Shown: one piece after another, positions 59,727 through 64,000 of the stretch
Layout: the number at the start of each line of letters is the position of its first letter
Position numbering within the stretch: position 1 is the first letter of the stretch
From: Hyphomicrobiales bacterium
Lineage (GTDB): Bacteria; Pseudomonadota; Alphaproteobacteria; SPJN01
DNA: 64,000 bases
Reading direction: 5' to 3'
Assembly (NCBI GenBank): GCA_006844605.1
Contig: SPJN01000013.1
Span: forward strand, 760 to 64,759
Notes under the pieces: model-generated
Database searches by the model: none
Seen by the model: only the letters and a program-made list of their open reading frames with translations
Told to the model about the DNA's origin: nothing
Program-made: the position numbers and the translations under genes

Positions 59727-59763
59727 CAGCCAGACGCAAAACCGGTTCCCACTTTGCTGGCTG
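59727..59763. repeat. Short palindromic element with AAAACCGGTTCCCACTTT core
   Basis: CAGCCAG...CTGGCTG flanking stem between the convergent asd and pdxY genes. Confidence 0.5.
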
Positions 59764-59769
59764 TCGCTC

Positions 59770-60633
59770 CTATGCCTTGCCGATAGCAACAGTGGTCAGC
59801 GGATTGATCAGCCGTTCCTGATTGGCGATCAACAACAGCTCGTCCGCATTGGCCCGATCTGTGGCCTGCAATATATCGAATAGAGAGCCGCTGGCCTGGG
59901 CGAGAGCCTGTTCCAGCGGCCTTCTTTTCAGCAGCCCGCTTAACAACAGCGCGGTTAACAGGTCACCAGCGCCCTTAAAGTCGCCGCCGCCTTCGGTGCC
60001 GGCGCCGATCTTCTGGGTTGCGATGACGTAAGCCTCCTTCGGTTTCACCAGTAATGTTTGGATCTGTCCGGGAAAGCGGGCGGTGTCTTCCATTGATGTC
60101 ACAATGGTGATCGGATTGTTGGGCAACAGGCGCGCCGCTGCCACCCCATCGCCAATGGTGGCGGGGGCCTCGTCATGATCCAGCATTGTTGCCAGCTCAT
60201 ACCTGTTGGGGGTGACATAATCGGCGCGCGGGATCAGATCATCCATGATCCCTTCGACGATATTCGCATCAATATAGGGGCCGGATGCATCACCGATCAC
60301 CGGATCACAGATATAAAGCGCGTCGGGGTTCGCCGCCTTGACCCGGTCCACCGCATCAACCAGCGCATCGATCTGCTCATCCTCGCCGATATAGCCGGTC
60401 AGGATGGCATTCACCTTCGGCAGCCAGCCATTTTCTTCCAAGCCATCCACCATATCGATCAATGTGCCGACAGGTTGCGCTGCGCCCTTGTGACTTCCAT
60501 GACCGGGATGGTTGGAATACAGCACCGTGGGCACGCCCCACACCGAATGGCCCAACCGTTGCAACGCAAATTGCGCGGCGGAGTTTCCCACATGGCCGCG
60601 CACGACTTGGGAATGAAAGGATAGAACTGCCAT
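59770..60633 (-). CDS. pdxY: Pyridoxal kinase
   Basis: SQVVRGHVGNSAA, SNHPGH, CDPVIGD, TPNRYE, GAGD. Confidence 0.92.
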   Translation of the reverse strand: MAVLSFHSQVVRGHVGNSAAQFALQRLGHSVWGVPTVLYSNHPGHGSHKGAAQPVGTLIDMVDGLEENGWLPKVNAILTGYIGEDEQIDALVDAVDRVKAANPDALYICDPVIGDASGPYIDANIVEGIMDDLIPRADYVTPNRYELATMLDHDEAPATIGDGVAAARLLPNNPITIVTSMEDTARFPGQIQTLLVKPKEAYVIATQKIGAGTEGGGDFKGAGDLLTALLLSGLLKRRPLEQALAQASGSLFDILQATDRANADELLLIANQERLINPLTTVAIGKA

Positions 60634-60778
60634 AAATGTTGACCCTGCCCGTTACGCTGTTCTGACTTTATCTTTTTGTCCGCCAGTATCGTTGGCGGCG
60701 AGGTTGCGGAATCATTGTCCGCAGTGAACCACTCTTTTATAGTCGGTGAAAGTCAAGAATTCAAAAGTGAGTCGTTTC

Positions 60779-61666
60779 ATGTCGATTGAGCAAACAGTCA
60801 AGCCCCGCCGTTCCGTCCTTTATATGCCCGGCTCCAACGCCCGCGCCCTTGAAAAGGCCAAGTCATTGGCGGCCGATGCCGTCATTCTGGACCTTGAGGA
60901 TGCGGTCGCCCCCGATGCGAAGGAAGCGGCAAGGGATCAGGTGATCGCCGCTGTGAAGGCAGGCGGCTTTGGCGGGCGCGAGGTGATCATCCGCGCCAAC
61001 GCGCTGGGCACCAGTTGGGGCAGTGCCGACCTTGCCGCCATCGCCCAATCAGGCGCAGACGGTGTGCTGTTGCCCAAGGTGGAAAGCGCTGGCGACATTC
61101 ACCGCGCTGAACAAACGCTGAAAAATGCGGGCGCACCCGATAGCCTTGCCATCTGGTCGATGATCGAAACCCCCCGCGCGATTTTGCATTTGGAGGCGAT
61201 TGCCGACGCGTCGGAACGCCAAAAGGTGTGGGTCATGGGCACCAATGATTTGGTGAAGGACATGCAGGCGCAATTCGTGCCGGGCCGTTCCCCCCTGTTG
61301 CCGATCCTGACCTTCGCCGTTTTGGCAGGCCGCGCCGCCGGGCTGACGCTGCTCGATGGCGTGTATAATGACATTAAGGACGCGGATGGCTTTGCCGCCG
61401 AATGCCGTCAGGGCCTGAATATGGGGTTTGATGGCAAGACACTAATCCATCCCAGCCAACTTGCCCCCGCCAATGAAACCTTTGCTCCCACTGCTGACGA
61501 GGTGACGTTTGCCAAACAAGTCATCGCCGCGTTTGAAGCGCCTGAGGCTGCGGGCAAGGGCGTGTTGAAGGTTGAGGGGAAGATGGTCGAACTGCTGCAC
61601 CGTGATCAGGCCCTGCGCACTGTCAAGATCGCCGATGCGATTGCCCAACAAGAAGGGGCAGGCTGA
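60779..61666 (+). CDS. CitE-family CoA ester lyase (malyl-CoA lyase/thioesterase-like)
   Basis: RRSVLYMPG, LDLEDAVAP, MIETP, GFDGKTLIHPSQ. Confidence 0.9.
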   Translation: MSIEQTVKPRRSVLYMPGSNARALEKAKSLAADAVILDLEDAVAPDAKEAARDQVIAAVKAGGFGGREVIIRANALGTSWGSADLAAIAQSGADGVLLPKVESAGDIHRAEQTLKNAGAPDSLAIWSMIETPRAILHLEAIADASERQKVWVMGTNDLVKDMQAQFVPGRSPLLPILTFAVLAGRAAGLTLLDGVYNDIKDADGFAAECRQGLNMGFDGKTLIHPSQLAPANETFAPTADEVTFAKQVIAAFEAPEAAGKGVLKVEGKMVELLHRDQALRTVKIADAIAQQEGAG

Positions 61667-62685
61667 TGTCGCGCTATTTCGAAGATTTCAAATTGGGTGA
61701 AGTCATCACCCATGCTACCCCGCGCACCTTAACGGCAGGGGATCAGGGCATGTATATGGCGCTTTATGGCTCGCGCTTTGCCCTGCATACCAGTGCACCC
61801 TTTGCGCAGGCCATTGGCTACCCCGCCATGCCGCTTGATGATCTGTTGGTCTTTCACACGGTGTTCGGCAAAACCGTGCCGGACGTGTCGATCAATGCTG
61901 TGGCGAATTTGGGCTATGCACAGGGGGTGTTCCGCGTGCCTGTTGTGGCGGGCGACACATTGCGTAGTGAAAGCGAAGTGATCGGCCTTAAACAAAATTC
62001 AAACGGTAAAACCGGCACCGTCTATGTCCATACGCGGGGCTATAATCAACGGAATGACCTTGCGCTTGACTATCGCCGTTGGGTGCTGGTTGAAAAGCGT
62101 GACCATGATGCCCCTGCGCCTGAAACAACAGTGCCGGACCTGCCCGATGCCGTGACCGCAGCTGATTTGGTGCCCCCGGCAGGCTTTGCCAGTGATGGGT
62201 ATGATTGTACAGCGGCGGGTAGTGACAAGCGGTTTGCTGATTTCCAGATTGGGGATAAGATTGATCACGGCCCCGGCCAAACGGTTGAGGATGCGGAGCA
62301 TCAACTCGCCACCCGCCTATATCAGAACACCGCGAAGGTGCATTTTGACGGCTTTGCTGCACAAGCAGGCCGCTTTGGCAAACGGCTGATCTATGGCGGG
62401 CATGTGATTTCATTGGCCCGCGCGATGAGCTTTAATGGATTGGAAAACGCGTTTGCCTTGGCGGCTATCAATGGCGGTACGCACAAGGCCCCGCTGTTCG
62501 CAGGCGATACTGTCTATGCATGGACGGAGGTGCTGGACAAGGCTGAGGTGGGGGACCAAGGGGCAAAACCGGGCGCGCTGCGTCTGCGCACCATCGCGAC
62601 CAAGAACCAGCCCTGCAATGCTTTCCCGTCTAAGGACGACGACGCCACGATCCTGATTTTCGATTATTGGGCGTGGTGTGTTTGA
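61666..62685 (+). CDS. mch: Double MaoC hot-dog dehydratase, probable mesaconyl-CoA hydratase
   Basis: YFEDF..G...HATPRT, VFGKTVPDVSINAVANLGY, YQNTAKVHF, IYGGHVIS. Next to the CoA lyase. Confidence 0.8.
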   Translation: MSRYFEDFKLGEVITHATPRTLTAGDQGMYMALYGSRFALHTSAPFAQAIGYPAMPLDDLLVFHTVFGKTVPDVSINAVANLGYAQGVFRVPVVAGDTLRSESEVIGLKQNSNGKTGTVYVHTRGYNQRNDLALDYRRWVLVEKRDHDAPAPETTVPDLPDAVTAADLVPPAGFASDGYDCTAAGSDKRFADFQIGDKIDHGPGQTVEDAEHQLATRLYQNTAKVHFDGFAAQAGRFGKRLIYGGHVISLARAMSFNGLENAFALAAINGGTHKAPLFAGDTVYAWTEVLDKAEVGDQGAKPGALRLRTIATKNQPCNAFPSKDDDATILIFDYWAWCV

Positions 62686-63824
62686 TTCGCTTCGGGCGGT
62701 TTAATGCGAACACGATCGAGTATCCAATCAGCGAACCCTAGGCGTGCAGCTTCGCTCGATATCTTTTTCCGGTACCAAGCATCTAGAATTTTTCCCTTTT
62801 TTTCAAAATCTTTGCTTAAGCTTGTGCGAACGTTTTTAAGGGAACTAGATTCATCAGTGTTTTGGAACCAAATGAAACGCTGCCAACGATCATATTCGAG
62901 GAAGCCTTGGGCATAGGCTTTTAGTTCTTTGGGATTGGAATATGACTTTGCTTGTACGCAAGCAGTTGCTTCAGCGGCTGGGATGACTAAATCTAAATCA
63001 AAGAAGAATTGCTGGCCTCCGGTTTTTGTGACTTGTTGCCATCCGAGGCGAGAAAAAATTTTCTCGGCAAGAATTTCAAATTCATAGGGGTTTAGCATTC
63101 CAATCAACCCATGCAATTTTTCAGCAAGTTGTTCGACCTTTTGGTCTGCGTCCAATACAGCGTCCAGTTCCCGGTTTTGTAATTTTTGTTTGAGATATTG
63201 GGTTTCCATTGATGTGTAACCGCAGCTAGTCCCCCTAAAAGCAGCCTTTTGGGATACGGTTCCTGCCAAGGAAAATATGTGCAGAGACTTCTTGTTTCCT
63301 TCCAGCGGCGTGTCGTGCCAACCGGATTGGGTACGGAAGCATATTTGCGATTCACCGTTTTCAAAGCTCTGAATGGTTCCGCTTTCAGGTTCTATGAAGC
63401 ACCAATAAAGCTGTTGCTTGTGAATGGTAGTCCAAATCACATTTCCCACGTCGCCAAATAACGCCTTTGCCTGATTTGTGATATTTGATGCCATTCCCTC
63501 TTTGTATTGGCGGTGTTTTCGATAATAATTCGCCAGCGCGGATTTGTCGATTGCGTCGGGTAATTGCTTAAGCGTTTCCTGAATATTTGCGTTGTTCACA
63601 AGGCCATGCTGCAGCAGTGCCTTCAATTCGGTTTCTGGAAATGGTTTCAGGCACGCAAGTTGAAATGCCACGGGCTCTTCAAAACCGAATCCGAAACAAA
63701 CTAGACCGTTTTCTAAGCAGTGCTTGGCAAAACGGTTTGCTTTGCCCAACTTTATGTAACGTGCACCGGCGGCACCCTCAATTTGTGAGATACTGTGGGA
63801 GTCGTGTGAGTGATCTTGTTCCAT
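62664..63824 (-). CDS. Putative restriction-endonuclease-like protein with C-terminal Mrr-like PD-(D/E)xK domain
   Basis: LNPYEFEILAEKIF..LGW....TGG.....DL.......CVQAKS. AT-rich. Confidence 0.65.
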   Translation of the reverse strand: MEQDHSHDSHSISQIEGAAGARYIKLGKANRFAKHCLENGLVCFGFGFEEPVAFQLACLKPFPETELKALLQHGLVNNANIQETLKQLPDAIDKSALANYYRKHRQYKEGMASNITNQAKALFGDVGNVIWTTIHKQQLYWCFIEPESGTIQSFENGESQICFRTQSGWHDTPLEGNKKSLHIFSLAGTVSQKAAFRGTSCGYTSMETQYLKQKLQNRELDAVLDADQKVEQLAEKLHGLIGMLNPYEFEILAEKIFSRLGWQQVTKTGGQQFFFDLDLVIPAAEATACVQAKSYSNPKELKAYAQGFLEYDRWQRFIWFQNTDESSSLKNVRTSLSKDFEKKGKILDAWYRKKISSEAARLGFADWILDRVRIKPPEANQTHHAQ

Positions 63825-64000
63825 ATGTAGCCCATTTGCGGTTGGTATTGATGATGAACTGCGTTGTTATCCATCTTGCGTCAGAGTCTTTTCCGTTATT
63901 AATTTGCGGCAGCCTGAAAACTCTGACGGTTCAACGCGTTTGACCTTGAATTATGTGTGGCTTCAACCATTGAGTGAAATCAGCGGCAGGTCAAGGCGGC

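Overview
Chromosomal window from an alphaproteobacterium, inferred from gene content and order (acnA-ccm cluster, ftsY-mtaB-dapF/ffh-rpsP-rimM-trmD-rplS-leuCDB-asd). Positions 1-12.4 kb are the right part of an integrative element at the 3' end of tRNA-Val(GAC). It carries int/xis/repressor and a defence cargo: Mrr, a YeeA-YeeB-YeeC MTase-helicase-nuclease module with an extra nuclease-like gene inside it, and a complete retron (promoter, msr-msd ncRNA, NDT-like effector, RT). The backbone holds a stand-alone Ser/Thr-kinase/FHA/PP2C operon with a protease/pseudoprotease pair, and an ECF sigma/EF-hand cluster. The most unusual locus (27.6-32.2 kb) has an exosortase E/CAAX-protease fusion, three 55-57 aa signal-peptide + VPEID-CTERM-like precursors and two fatty-acid-hydroxylase/desaturase genes. 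Two of those precursors are absent from the ORF track, and only about 5-8 residues separate their two processing signals. Also noted: an in-frame rimM-trmD fusion and three solitary foreign-looking genes. All calls come from motif reading by eye; no database searches were run.
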